From the NCBI GenBank assembly GCA_964016885.1, contig OZ024744.1, positions 59,334,001 to 59,398,000 on the forward strand: 64,000 bases of DNA. The letters are read 5' to 3'. This document shows positions 1 to 13,358 of the stretch, piece by piece. Under the pieces are notes generated by a model, which saw only the letters and a list, made by a program, of their open reading frames with translations, was not told the DNA's origin and made no database searches. Within the stretch, counting starts at the first letter, position 1. Each line of letters begins with the position of its first letter. A program made the translations under genes and the position numbers. Origin of the DNA: Eledone cirrhosa (Eukaryota).

Positions 1-182
1 ATATATATATTAGAAAGTGAGGTTTCTTTTACAAAATGAAAAATAACCGAGGTGTCCTACACGAGTGAAAGTATAAAGAGAAAAGATGAAATCGAAAATG
101 CAACTGGAGTCTTATTTAAAAAAAATATATATATATTTTTTAAAATAAGACTCCAGTTGCATTTTTGATTTCATCTTTTTTT

Positions 183-222
<40 letters not shown>

Positions 223-260
223 AAGAACACAAGAGCGTCTACAACATCAAAAGATTTTTA

Positions 261-310
261 TTGGCTTACAATGTTTCTTCCTTACGTAACCGTAGGATTC
301 GTCAGAGCTA
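261..310 (-). ncRNA. minimal type-I hammerhead ribozyme motif (Penelope pLTR-like)
   Basis: Minus strand: gcu CUGACGA a-uccu-acg-guua-cgu-a-agga-a GAAA c-auu-GUA agc; first pair of stem II mismatched. Confidence 0.55.
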
Positions 311-1402
311 TAAAAGGGGTTTGATTGGTGTTATGGACTCTACCAACCAAACATTCAAGAACAAAGAGTAAAGAGAGTAAAGAGCAAAAGTAGGGGACGA
401 TAAGTCTAATTTTGGTGCGGGAGGGTGGGGTGTGGGTCCTTGTTTACTAGCTGCGGTCATATTCATTCCCGGGAGTCGGGTGGTTAGCTGAACCATAGAT
501 GGGGTGGCGTCGATAGTATGGTGCAGAGGGTGCGCATAGGCTACACAAACACAAAGGGAATACAATATATATATATATAGCGGAGGAGAAGGTATATGAG
601 GTAATTAGAAATGGAAAAAGAGTAATAAATCTATAATTAATAGTGTATAATAAGGCATGGGGAAGATTACACTATAATAAGGTATAAAAGTAAGAATAAG
701 GTAAAATATAAAGGAGGATAAAAGTGGAAATAATAATAAAGATAAAAAAATATATAGAGAATATATAAAGAAATATAAGCGAATATTTGGAGGGGAAAAC
801 ACAATGTAAAAAAAACGATTTTTTTCAAGTAATAATAAAAATATAATAATTATGGGGGGAGAAAACGGGATAGAGAAATATGATCAAGTGTGATTAGTTG
901 AGAGAATATAAGATGATAATAGTTTATACATGTCAAGGTTATACATCTTAATAATAAATAATCTGTGTATCAGAGTTGCAGAACCTTCAATTCACTTACA
1001 GGTTCAAGCCACGTGGCATAGTCCATTGTTTATTTGTGCGGTCATTCGCGTTTGTTTTTGACACCACAGCAGATGCACAAGTTCGTAAATTCCAATGCAG
1101 ATAGAAATCTATTTTTGCTCACCCGGACATTGACGGAGGATCCAATATTCCTAGTTCAATATGTGTGTGGTGTTATTTTGGTCGCACAAATCAATCACTT
1201 GGTTCAATATTATGGAGTATGGTTTTCTGGTCTTCGTAACAGTGTCAGTGGTTGTATATCTGGAAATCACAGGGATCACAGTACTCCGGTTTGGTGTGAT
1301 TATCGGTCATCCAGTTATGTTGTTGGTGGTTGGATTCAATTCTATTCGCCCGAACGTTGAACTTTGGTGTCGATAGGACATTAACGAGGCAGGGTGAGAT
1401 CG

Positions 1403-1461
<59 letters not shown>

Positions 1462-1534
1462 AGTAAGTAAGACCCCGACGGCTGAGTACTTTGGTGCGTT
1501 ATGGTCCACCTGGTTCCTTACCACTTTTCCCTCG

Positions 1535-1570
<36 letters not shown>

Positions 1571-1864
1571 AAAACGAAGGAAATGTGGTAAGGAACCAGG
1601 TGGACCATAACGCACCAAAGTACTCAATACTTGAGGTAGTAGAGTGGGTAATAGGAACTGCATAGCGGTCTTACTGATTCCTATATATAAAGAAAAAGAG
1701 ATGAAATCGAAAATGCAACTGGAGTCTTATTTTTTTTAAAAGTATATATATTTATTTGGTTCTTTTACCGGTTTCGCAGTTCTTCTGCTTTTCAAAAGGT
1801 GAGTTGAGATGGAGGGTCTGTGGTTTTTCTCACAGAAAAACCACAGACCCTCCATCTCAACTCA

Positions 1865-1902
1865 CCTTTTGAAAAGCAGAAGAACTGCGAAACCGGTAAA
1901 GG
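1865..1902 (+). ncRNA. minimal type-I hammerhead ribozyme motif, U3-A8 core variant
   Basis: ccuu UUGAAAA gcag-aagaa-cugc GAAA ccgg UA aagg: stems I and II pair perfectly, palindromic stem III (accggt); mirror copy on the minus strand at 1762-1799. Confidence 0.7.
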
Positions 1903-2033
1903 AACCAAATAAATATATATATTTTTTTTAAAAATAAGACTTCAGTTGCATTTTCGATTTCATCTCTTTTTCTTTATACTTCCACTCGTGTAGGACACCT
2001 CGGTTATTTTTCATTTTGTAAAAAAAACCTCAC

Positions 2034-2086
<53 letters not shown>

Positions 2087-2089
2087 GAG

Positions 2090-2830
2090 AAGATAAGACC
2101 TCAATCCCTGAAGGGATTGAGGTCTTATCTTATGTAGAAAAAAAGTATGCATAAACTCCATACAATGTACACAATGTAGACTAACAGGAAGGGAGAACCT
2201 TGCATGTAGAAGATGGACAGGAGAAATCAAGAGGAAAAGTGCTAATGATATAAACCTTTTCCAGTCACAGGAAGCATCCATAGTTTCTATGGTTTATAGT
2301 TTCTGCTATCTATGTGACCTAATTAGCAGCAGAGGAGGGTGTGCTGAGAGTAAAATAGCTAGAATAAGCTGGAAGACATTTCGAGAACTACTCCCACTGT
2401 TGACAACAAAAGGCTTCTTCCTACATACAAAAGGAAGGCTGCATGGCTCCTGTGTGTGGTGCGCGATACTGCCTGGTAGTGAAACGTGGAGTGTGACTGC
2501 AGAGGAGATGCATAGACTGGAGAGAAATGAAGCAACCAAGTTTTGTTGTATGTGCAATGTAAATGTGAGAGAAAGGCAGAGCTTGGAGGAGTTGAGGGAG
2601 AAGTTGGGTTTAAGAGGAATCCAAGGTGGTGTGCAGGAGAGAAGACTGTTGGTATGGACATGTTATGCACATGGACAATGGCAGATGGGTGAAGAAATGC
2701 CAGGAAATCTCAGTGGAAGGAAACCGCAGTAGAGGATGACCAAGAAAGACCTGGACAGAAGTTGTGAGAGCAGACCTCAAATCGCTAAGACTGGCAGAGG
2801 AGATGACGAAGGAATGTAGTGAATGAAAGA
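2090..2830 (+). mobile_element. RTE-clade LINE 3' fragment (degenerate)
   Basis: ORF 2289-2732: WKTFRELLPLLT..GSETW..RLERNE..VQERRL, same ORF2 C-terminus as other copies. Confidence 0.85.
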
Positions 2831-2869
2831 AGTTTTGAGACTTTTCGTTTCAGGCACTTTTAATTGATC

Positions 2870-3110
2870 TATGTAACTGTCACTCTAATACATCCTTGAT
2901 AAGGTTATAATAAGCTAACATGCCAAATCTTTTTTTTTTTCAGGTTGAACGTTCAGACTGTTACAGCACTTTAAACACTACCAGTCATACACATCTTGTC
3001 AAAGTTGACTGATTCCACAATGGAGTCAGGATGTGAGGACAACTCAGAGGCTCAATATGCAATAAAGTTTTGTGTCAAGTTTGGCAATAACACTGCAGAA
3101 ACCTATGTTT
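2870..3110 (+). mobile_element. mariner-like transposon relic (5' end/HTH start)
   Basis: ~3050-3106 translates AQYAIKFCVKFGNNTAETY, resembling the mariner transposase N-terminal (QRYAIKFCVKLGK.ATET) motif. Confidence 0.6.
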
Positions 3111-5665
3111 CTTATGGTTTTATGCAAATATTGTAGTCACTGCTACATTTGGGTAAGAATGTCTGACTCAACACACTTACATGGGGAATACACACATGTG
3201 TACTCCCACACACTCATTACATATACATACGTATATACTTGCATACACATTATAGATGCACGTACATACAGACACATACATAACATACATACATACCCCT
3301 TGTAACATTGTAGAACCAGGATGTTAGTGATCTCTGCATCAATGCAGAGAGGGACTGACACCAACATCATTATAGATTGATGAAATTTGGCCAATATTTT
3401 TACTCCTTAAAGATATAAAAAAAATGCAAAATTTGAGCATGTGGCTATGTTGTGTTACCAAGATATTTGCATTCCAAAATTTCACAAAAAATCATTCAAT
3501 TCCAGCTATTGTGGACATCTTAAATTATCACAAATGTATCAATTTCTCAATATCTCAAGATCTTCATATCAAATCATATGAAATTTGGTACCCAATACAA
3601 TTTTAGTATGAGGAATTCAAAAATAATATTATGAAAAAGCACCTAGACCACTCAGTAAAGTGGTTATGTAAAAGACACAGCAAAAAGCACCCAGTACACA
3701 CTGTAAATGTGGTTGGTGCTAGGAAGAGCATCCAGCCGTAGAAAACCAGCCAGAAACAGTTCAATATGAGCGAGACACGGTCACCCAACCCAACTTGTCT
3801 CTAAATGGGACAAACCCGTCTAACCTATGCTAGTGTGGAAGTTAGATGCTAAATGATGATGATGCCCTAGTTCAATGAGGGTCAATTGTATACCGAATAA
3901 AACAATTAGTTGTTCTTTAATCCATGCAAAAATTGTCTTGGGTTTTCTTAAGCTTCATTATATATTAGGTGTTAATTGTAAATAAAAATGAAAATGAGTA
4001 AATCCCACTATAATATATTTCAAACCTATCTTATTTAATGCATCATTTCACAATCAAAATGTCCAATTATATAAAAATTACATTAGTTTTATGTTTAAAT
4101 AGTCTAAATAACTTATAGTTTTAAACAAGGTAAATTATTATTGCTTCAAGGTAAGATCATCTTGTGTTCAATACTGACACTTCAAATACAGTAATAATGA
4201 CACCAATATAACTAAAGTGTATGGCTTAGTGGTTAGATCAATGGGCTTTCAACTGTAAGTTCAATTCTCAGACCGGTTGATGCATTGTGTCCTTGAGCAA
4301 GACACTTTATTTTCCCGTTGCTCCAGTTTACTCAGCTGTAGAAATGAGTTGTGACATCAGTGGCGTGGAGAGGGGAGACTGGTATGCATGGGTGACTGCT
4401 GGTCTTCCACAAACAACCTTACTCGGACTTATGCTACGGAAGGGAACTTCCTAGGCACAAATCCCATGGTCATACATGACCGAAGGGGTCTTTACTTTTA
4501 CCCTATAACATATAAGTAAATTTATATACAAATATGTACAGAAAAACAAAACATTAAGTCATAGATCTCTTCAAGATGGTGCAGAAAATAATTTCAAACA
4601 TGAATAATTGTGTATACAGTTTGACTATTGGCCAATACTGTCAATATGAATCACAGACATCTAGAATATATTGTCGTGCAGTTGTTGAAAAGAGCAAAGG
4701 TGTTTTTACGGTAGAAATTATACATCTTAGTTGTGGGTATGGTGTGGCGTGCGGTGGCCGGAAGCGGGGGAGTGCTCGACCGGAAGGGTGCTTGGCCGGA
4801 AGGATGCTCGACCGGAAGGGCCAGCAGATGGGTCTCTCTCTAGTGGTGACCAGCAACGGTATGGACGCGAGTTTTGGCAACTCCCGGTGTTAAGGAGTTG
4901 GACGCACATGGAAGAGGAGAAACCGGCAGTGGGATTTAGCGGCGCCTATGCTATGAAAAGCGGTAAGTGAGATAGCTTTTTCTAACTACATTAGTCATAA
5001 AAAAGAATTGCTTGGGTATGGAGGGTGCTCAAATTTAATTAATAAGTCTTTGTGATCATTATCAACTTCAGATATCATTCCAATCCATTTCTGTACATAG
5101 TAAAGGCACACAACAAACATCCTGTAATTTCATTTTGGATACATAATTGGCTACTAAATTAAATTGTTGAGTATAACTTGTACTTTGGAGATTCTTTTAG
5201 TAATAGTTGTTTCTATTTTTGGTACAAGGCCAGAAATTTGCCCAGTCCATTACTGGTGCTTTACTTTATCGACCCCATAAGGATGAAAGGCAAAGTTAAC
5301 CTCGGCGGGATTTGAACTCAGAACGTAAAGGGCCATAACTATGCTTCAAAGCATGGTGTCTGACGCTCTACCGATACTGCCATAATGCATGCAGAAGACA
5401 AGGGAATAAATTGGTGAAAACTTTGAGTACCTGGAAGACAACTGTGTCTGGCACAATAAAATTCTAATTTTCTGCAAAATTACTGACGACAATAACTTCA
5501 TCTACACTTAAATTCTCTTTCAAGAATAATAAGTATTTAGCTTGAGCTTTTGCAATGTAAGAATGAGCTGTAATTATGTCAAACCTTACACAGTAGTGCT
5601 GTATATATTCCAAAGTAGATAATATTTGTGAAATCAAATCTGCTCTATCAGTATTTATCTACTGC

Positions 5666-5956
5666 TTAAATATGATATTGTCTTCTTCTCCTTGACTTTC
5701 TTGAATCACTTTCATTTACAAGTTTATAGTGATTTTTCAAACATGTCTCTACAACTGCTACTCCAGGACAAGATGTACAAAGATAAATCATACAAATACT
5801 ATTGTTGCAATCAGAAACAACCATGTCAACCAAGTCAAGGCATGTTTTGTCCAGATTTGAAGCTTGCAACATAAGCGTCAAATTTTGGTGACAGGTACAA
5901 TTACATTCAGAGTGTGTACCAGAGGCTCCTGCAATTATGGTGAACGGTAGAAACAC
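5666..5956 (-). pseudogene. relic of a Cys-rich DNA-transposase-like ORF
   Basis: GTHSECNCTCHQNLTLM...DLVDMVV...CMIYLCTSCPG pattern recalled from invertebrate transposon-derived ORFs; family not assigned. Confidence 0.35.
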
Positions 5957-7029
5957 ATTCAGAGTGTGTACTTGTTCAATTTTTTTCTTTTGTACAATTT
6001 CTCATTTTTGTACATACATTTTTAAATCATCATACAATTTGGATATGATACAATAATCTAACTATATTTATCAGTACCTCTGAAATTATTAGCAAAATAA
6101 AACTGAACTCCAATAATTAAAAAAATCATCTAAATATTTCTTCTAAACCTATCTCAAGTTTCATTGAGATGATGAAAACCTGATGCTCAATATAGAGATT
6201 TATGGGAAAACAATACAAAATGTTTGTACCATAACTCTTGAAGGAAGTGAGAACCCAAGATAATTATTGCATGATATGAGAACAACTAAGTATCTGCCAT
6301 CTTATGTAAAAAAAAATTAATATTCAGGTTGAGCACTTTGAGAAAAAGCTCAATTTATATGACAAAGTTTATTAAACTTAAAATCACATGATACATTGTT
6401 CCTAGTAGTTTGGTTTTATTCTTCACTTGAAAATTAGGTCAGATATACCAATTTTCACGTTGATAGGATAAGCAGAAGTGAAATTACTTCGAAATTTATA
6501 ACTGCAATGCAATTCAAAATGGCCACTTGGCGTGTCAAACTGGATCTCATCATTATCATCATAGTTTAATCTCCATCTTCCATATTAGCATGGGTTGGGT
6601 GGTTTTGTCCCACTTGAGGTGAGATTGGTCAGGAGACCATATCTCGCTCTTATAGAACTGTTTCTGGCAGGTTTTCTATGGCTGGATGTCCTTCCTAATG
6701 TCAACCACATTTACAGTGCGGACTGGGAGCCTTTTTACTGTGTCTCCTACATGACCGCTTTTTGACATGTCACCTACATGACCACTTTACACTGGACTGA
6801 AGTGGGAGGATGGAGTAGGGGTTGTGGGGTGGTGTGTATATTGGGTTAAGAGGTACCTACTGACTATAGGTTTAGGTTTGTATGCAATGGAAGGTGGGTC
6901 TTCTGTATAACTGCATAGCGCCAGAGATTTCAATCCAGTGACATTGTCTCTCTACCCAAATTTCAAGAACCGATACCTCAAGAACCACTCATCATTTGGA
7001 CCTAATATTTGGCCAGGTTTGTCATCCTT

Positions 7030-7475
7030 GGTCAATGTGCCAAAAATATGGATATCAGATGTCCAATAAGTGGTACTAACATGTCCCAGAAAGTGTCCTT
7101 AAAGACAGAGACAAACCCTAGATAGTCTGGCACAAACTGTAGACTTGAAGACAACATATCTGATATTGTAGGAAAGAAAAGAAATAGATATGACTGCCAA
7201 ATTATTGATGACACCATCCAAGAAGACCACAACCAAGTCTTGAAAGAAACTGAAAACATAACAAAATATACTGAGTTGAAGATCACAATTGTACAAATGT
7301 AGTCAATACAATCTAACACCATCAAGACAATTCCAATTGTTATTAGAGCTTTGGGCTTGATACCACAAAAACTTAGAGGCTATCTGAAGTAAATAGACTT
7401 TGAATCACAAATTGCCCTCATACAAAAACTGCCCTGTTGAGCATTGCATATACACTCAGGAAATTATTATCTGTC
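7030..7475 (+). mobile_element. R4/Dong-like non-LTR element, REL-endonuclease C-terminus (degenerate)
   Basis: Manual translation across stops: KWY*HVPESV..DIV..CQIIDD..KETENITKYTELK..IPIVIRALG..IQK.ALL.IAY.LRK; followed by AAT-rich repeat. Confidence 0.6.
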
Positions 7476-7639
7476 TAAGGTTCTTGTTGGGATTCAACAG
7501 AGAGTAGACTTATCATATTTACTGCGTAAAGTAGCAATAGCAGCAGCAATGATGACAACAACAATATCAACAGTGATAATAATAATAATTATTATTATAA
7601 CAACAACAATAATTATTTTGTTATTGGCCACTAGGGTCA

Positions 7640-8310
7640 AAACATAAAGGGACAATCCAACACCAGGGATAATGGGGATTTACATAATCCCTGTGTAAAA
7701 AAAGATAACAGGTAACAATTAACATCAAATCAATAACAATAAAATTCTTCAATAGGGGTGGGGAGTACCCCCAGGGTAACTTAAAAATCCCACAGATCCT
7801 AAACCACCCTAATCTTCAAGAGCGCCATAGGAAGGTGTGCTTCTCTTCTCAAAACTCATCAACCTACAGGTGCATGGTCTGAGTAGGCCCATCCACTATG
7901 ACCATTCTTGCTATAATTCACCCATCTATTAACAAATGTACTAGGAGCAGCACATCCCTCTCCACCTTCCTTTCCAAGTGTAACTTAAAAAAGTTGATGA
8001 GGGCTTGGCCAAAGAGGAAAGTGTTTGTCTTCAGTCCTTTCATCTGTGTTCGTCACACAACCTCTTTCACCAAAGTCAACAGACAGAGAAAAACCGCTTC
8101 TCCTTCCTGACCAAAAGAAGATAGTGAGGCGATCTTCACGATGGAGTTGGTTGATAGACAGATTTGTCCAATGCGCAATAACAGCTGTTCAACTAAACTC
8201 CACAAGTCAGCAAAGCTCAGACACTGGGCACTATGTACATCTCAGACAAGTCCATCTGACAACACTTCCATGCCTGTAGAGTTTGTCTTGAACAGCCAGT
8301 GCCGTTTAAG
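7640..8310 (-). mobile_element. Tx1/L1-like LINE 3' fragment
   Basis: Minus-strand translation ALAVQDKLYRHG..CLRC..AVFLCLLTLVKEVV..ALINFFKLHLERKV, broken by stops. Confidence 0.4.
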
Positions 8311-9889
8311 ATAGTGCATGTCCTAAAATGTCTTTTGTTTTGATTAATGGTTTCTGATTTAAGCACAAGACCAACAATTTTGAGGGAAGGGAAAGTCGAT
8401 TAAATCAACCTCAGTTCATTACTGGTACTTTATTTTATTAACCCCTTAAGGATGAAAAGCAAAGCTAATTATAATAAATAACTTTTATAAGAATAGCCAC
8501 ATCCTGCTTCTAAAAAAGTTAAAATCTGTCCCAAGCTTATAGGCTCACCAAGTCAAAAGACTAAGAATACGAGATTCCTTCTTGGATAGGATGCCAGTCT
8601 GTTACAAGGCTAATCCCCTGCTGTTTGTGCTAAGGCTCATTTTTGCCAGGTGAGTGGACTGGAGTAAAATGATATAAAGTGACTTGCTGAAGGCGCCATG
8701 CTGCTTGGTCCAGGAAATGGACACAAGAACTTACAATCAAGAACCCAACACTCTAGCCTTTAGGCCACAGGCCTTCACAAGACATTAAACTTCTACCTGT
8801 AAACTGGTTAAATGAACGACTGCTATCTTGAATTAATTCTGATTTAATCCTTTTGCTACTGAATATCCACTGAAAGACACTGTCTTTTTTCTACGGCAAT
8901 GCTTTTGTTATGTTGTTCAAGAGGTGCAGATGAAATATACTGCCTACCCAGGGGTGTAGAGGCTGCCCCTTCCTTCGCCCGTCCATTATCTTTTTTTAAT
9001 TCTTGTATTATCTTTTCCTATTTATTATGTGAAATAAAGAAATGTACTAAAGGAGAACAAAAAAATAAAAAAAGATGCACCACATTACAGTGAATGTATA
9101 ATGAAAGAAATTTGAAAAATAATAAAGAATTTGGTGGAATTTAGTAAAATATGAAACATTCTAATTAAATTGGTGCTGAGAACATAACAGCATTTCTTAC
9201 ATAAAATTATGACGGAAGATTTTTTAGATAAATATAAATACATTAAACATTTTTGTTTCATTGAACCAGGGGATGTTTGAGATGGTTTTGTATCAAAAGG
9301 GTTAATTTTATGATGATTTAAAAATAAACTTACAGGATTTTTCTGTTTGGCTGCAGTGAGTAGTGACATGGTGATCTCTGATAAATAGTCAAACACGAGG
9401 AAATTAATCTTCCCATGATGAATGAGTTGTGGAGCTGAGGAAAAATATACACAAATAATAAAAATTTAAATAATAATTAAAATATATATACATATAATAA
9501 TTTAAATATATATACAGTTCTATATGAGTAAGACACAGTCACCTGACCCAACTTGCCTCAAATGGGATAACCCATCTAACCCATGCTAGTGTCGAAAATG
9601 GATGTTAAACAATTATGGTGATGTGAGCATGCATATATTGAATATATATGCGTGTGTATATATGTATGTATATGCACACATTTGTGTATATTATATATGT
9701 ATATGCATTAGTATTTGTGTATGTATACATTTGTGCGCACACATGCAAATGCACATGTACTTACATGTATACATGCATATATGCATATACATGTTATCTT
9801 CATTTACACATGCATCTGCACTGGTCAGTGCATACTTATGTACAAACCTTAATCTGATAACATTACTATTAATGTTTGCATTATTATTA

Positions 9890-10295
9890 GGGTGGTGAAT
9901 TGGCAGTAACGGTAGAGGGTTGGATGCCATGCTTTCTAGCATAGTTACATCCCTTTAGAGGTTAACTTTGCCTTTCAATCTTACGGGGTTGATAAAATAA
10001 AGTACCAGTAATGTACTGGGTAATTGCTGGCCTTGTGCCTAAAGTAGAAACAATTATTATTATTACTTTTACTGGCCAAGCAATTATTTTGTTTAATGGA
10101 TTGGATTGGCAGTATCGGGAGAGGGTTGGATGCCATGCTTTTCAGCATAAAGATACGTCCCTTTACAGCCTGAGTTCAAATCCCACCAAGGTTAACTTTT
10201 CCTTTCATTCTTATGGGGGTCAATGAAATAAAGTACCAGTAATGCACTGGGATAATTGCTGACTTTGTGCCAAAAGTAGATACAATTATTACTTT
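9890..10295 (+). mobile_element. two tandem tRNA-derived SINE copies
   Basis: TGGCAG..GG A-box-like head, GTTCAAATCC B box, core gcctttcatccttacggggtcgataaaataaagtaccag (Meta-domain-like), tail ggccttgtgccaaaagtagaaacaatt(att)n. Related copies at ~5205-5380, 17740-17870, 18325-18545, 33135-33330, 44545-44855, 51730-51841, 59600-59680, 60628-60820. Confidence 0.8.
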
Positions 10296-10468
10296 TACTA
10301 TTATTAATGCCTTCAGTTTTTTTGTTTAATCATTTTACTTTTATTAACATCATTTTCCATATATGGTAGCTGGAAATTATTTGGTTATTCTAAAAGAATA
10401 TTAAATTCCTGATTTTTTCATAGCAAAAAATTGTTCTTCTTGCTCTACATGACGTAATTATCCTTGCA

Positions 10469-10473
10469 TTATA

Positions 10474-10513
<40 letters not shown>

Positions 10514-10634
10514 TATATATATATAATATATATATATATAATATATATATATATATATAATATATATATATATTATATATATATATATATATAATATATA
10601 TATATATAATATATATATATATATATAATATATA

Positions 10635-10688
<54 letters not shown>

Positions 10689-11138
10689 ATATATATATAT
10701 AATATATATATATAATATATATATAATATATATATATATCATATATATATAATATATATTATATATATATAATATATATATATAATATATATATAATATA
10801 TATATATATCATATATATATAATATATATTATATATATATATATATATTATATATATAATATATATTATATATATAATATATAATATATATATATATATT
10901 ATATATATATATATTATATATATATATATATAATATATATATATATATTATATATATATATATATTATATATATATATATTATATATATATATATATTAT
11001 ATATATATATTATATATATATATATATAATATATATATATGTATATATAATATATATATATATATATAATATATATATATATAAGATATATATATATATA
11101 ATATATATATATATATATAATATATATATATATGGAGG

Positions 11139-11173
<35 letters not shown>

Positions 11174-11180
11174 TATATAT
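10469..11180. repeat. (TA)n array with TT/AA phase slips
   Basis: Direct reading; similar arrays at 12540-12722, 13310-13400, 13645-13893, 14158-14394, 14717-15405, 16403-16560. Confidence 0.95.
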
Positions 11181-11510
11181 GGAGGCACATGGCTTAGTGG
11201 TTAGAGCATTGGCCTTACAATCGAAAGGTTGTGAGTTCAATTCCCAGACCGGGTGATGTGTTGTTTCCTTGAGCAAGACACTTTATTTCACATTGCTCCA
11301 ATTTACTCAGCTGTAGAAATGAGATGATAGGGACTGAGGTCCCTATAATTCCACTGCAAAGTGGTCGTGGGGGTGCCACGGCAAAAAAGCACCCAGCACT
11401 CACTGTAAATGAGGTTGGTGTTAGGAAGGGCATCCAGCTGTAGAAATCAAGCCAGAATCAGTTCCCGTCCCACCCTTGCAGGGAAAAGTGGACGTAAAAT
11501 GAACTGAACT
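11181..11510 (+). mobile_element. tRNA-derived SINE with RTE-like 3' tail
   Basis: A box tggcttagtgg, B box gttcaattcc, body ccttgagcaagacactttatttcacattgctcca, tail ggttggtgttaggaagggcatccagctgtagaaa shared with RTE 3' UTRs; related copies ~4220-4500, ~20300-20560. Confidence 0.75.
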
Positions 11511-11557
11511 GATATATATATATAATATATATATATATATTATATATATATTATATA

Positions 11558-12540
11558 GCTCTTTCAACTGCGCAGAGGGTTCTATAGAAATAGTGGACAG
11601 CTTCCGTTACCTGGGTGACAAAATCAGCAGTGGGGGAGGGTGCTCTGAAAGTACAGTAGCTAGAGTCAGAACTGGTTGGAAAAACTTCAGAGAGCTTATA
11701 CCACTATTGCTAAAGGGTTCTCCCTAAAAATGAAAGGCAGGTTGTACGATGCCTGCATACGAACAGCAATGTTGCATGGCAGTGAGACCTGGGCATTGTG
11801 TGCAGAGGATATACGCAGACTAGAGAGGAACGAAGCTTGCATGCTCCGCTGGATGTGTAACAGTAATATACGTGAACGGCAAAGCATAAACGAACTAAGG
11901 AAAAAATTAGAGATAAGAGGGATCAGATGTTGTTTACTCGAGAGAAGGCTACGTTGGTATGGACACGTGATGCGCATGAAAGTCGATAGCTGTATAACAA
12001 AGAGCAGGGCAATAACGATAGACGGCAGCCACGAAATAGGCAGACCTAGAAAAACCTGGGACGAGCTGATAAACTCCGACCTCACACACTTACACCTCTC
12101 CAAGACAATGTCACTGGACCGAGACCTTTGGCGGTACTCAGTAATAGAGAAGACCCGCCTTACCTAAATACATAGTAAAACCTACTACAGTAGGCATCTC
12201 TAACAAAATACCCCCCACCCCCACCCCATCCACACCACCCCGTTCTATGTAAAGTTATGTTGGTGCCGCACCATCCAGGCCGAAACAAATGAGATCGTGT
12301 AGGTGTCACGACAAAAAAACACACAGTCCACGCTGTAATGTGGCCATGTAGGCAACACGGTAAAAACCTCCCAGACCCACACTGTAAATGTGGTTGGTGT
12401 TAGGAAGGGCATCCAACTGTAGAAAACCTGCCAGACAGTCCTATGCGAGCAAGACAATCACTCTTGCCTCAAGTGGGACTACCCCCGTCCAAACCCATGC
12501 AAGCGTGGAACACGGACGTTAAACGTTGATGATGATGATG
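11558..12540 (+). mobile_element. RTE-clade LINE, 5'-truncated
   Basis: ORF 11676-12167 (KGRLYDAC..GSETW..RRLRWYGHVMRM..GRPRKTW), 3' UTR and (GAT)n tail. Confidence 0.9.
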
Positions 12541-12560
12541 ATATATATATATTATATATA

Positions 12561-12603
<43 letters not shown>

Positions 12604-12662
12604 ATATTTATATATATATATTATATATATATTATATATATATTATATATATATATATATAT

Positions 12663-12694
<32 letters not shown>

Positions 12695-12721
12695 ATATAT
12701 ATTATATATATATATTATATA

Positions 12722-13308
12722 TCATCATCATCATCATCATCATCACCGTTTTACGTCCGTTCTTCCACGCTAGCATGGGTTAGACGGGTTGTCCTGTTGT
12801 GGGCAGTGTCTGGTCGGCTGACCATGCCTTGCTCATACAGGAACTGATCTGGCTTGATTTCTACAGCTGGATGCCCTTCCTAACACCAACCTCATTTACA
12901 GTGAGTGCTGGGTGCTTTTTCGTGGCGCCTACACGTCCACTTTACAGTGTGGGCTGGGTGCTTTTTTGCCGTGGCACCTCCACGACCACCTTGCGGTGGG
13001 GGGGGGGCATATTGTTTATATGCTTCAGCATGTACCCATGGGAGGTCGGGTACCCTGTATTACTGCGTGACGCCAGAAGTCACGGTCGTGTGTCATTGAC
13101 TTTGAGAGGTGTAGTTGGGTAAGGTCGGCTTTTATCACCTCATCCCAAGTCATCTTGGGTCTCCCCACTCCGCGGTTTCCATCAACTTCTAGTGCTCTGC
13201 ACCTTTTTATGCAGCTGTCATCCTTCATACGCATCACATGTCCATACCAGCGTAACCGCCTCTCCTGCACGCAGCATTTGATTCCTCTTATGCTCAGTCT
13301 CTCTCTCA
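12722..13308 (-). mobile_element. RTE-clade LINE 3' end
   Basis: ORF 13025-13309 minus; (ATC)n tail at 12722-12745. Confidence 0.9.
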
Positions 13309-13327
13309 ATAATATATATATATATAT

Positions 13328-13358
<31 letters not shown>

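Larger units (their letters stand above)
10..2040. mobile_element. composite of Penelope-like pLTR/fold-back units interleaved with (TA)n
   Basis: 10-135 is the reverse complement of ~1915-2040; hairpins at 72-187, 1459-1683 and 1684-1978; hammerhead motifs at 261-310 and 1865-1902. Confidence 0.6.

Noticed and set aside
1034-1376. ORFs 1034-1360 and 1161-1376 as genes
   Set aside because: No recognisable domain or splice context; they lie inside the fold-back composite.
11181-11250. tRNA gene
   Set aside because: Has A/B boxes but continues into a multicopy SINE body; no convincing cloverleaf or terminator.
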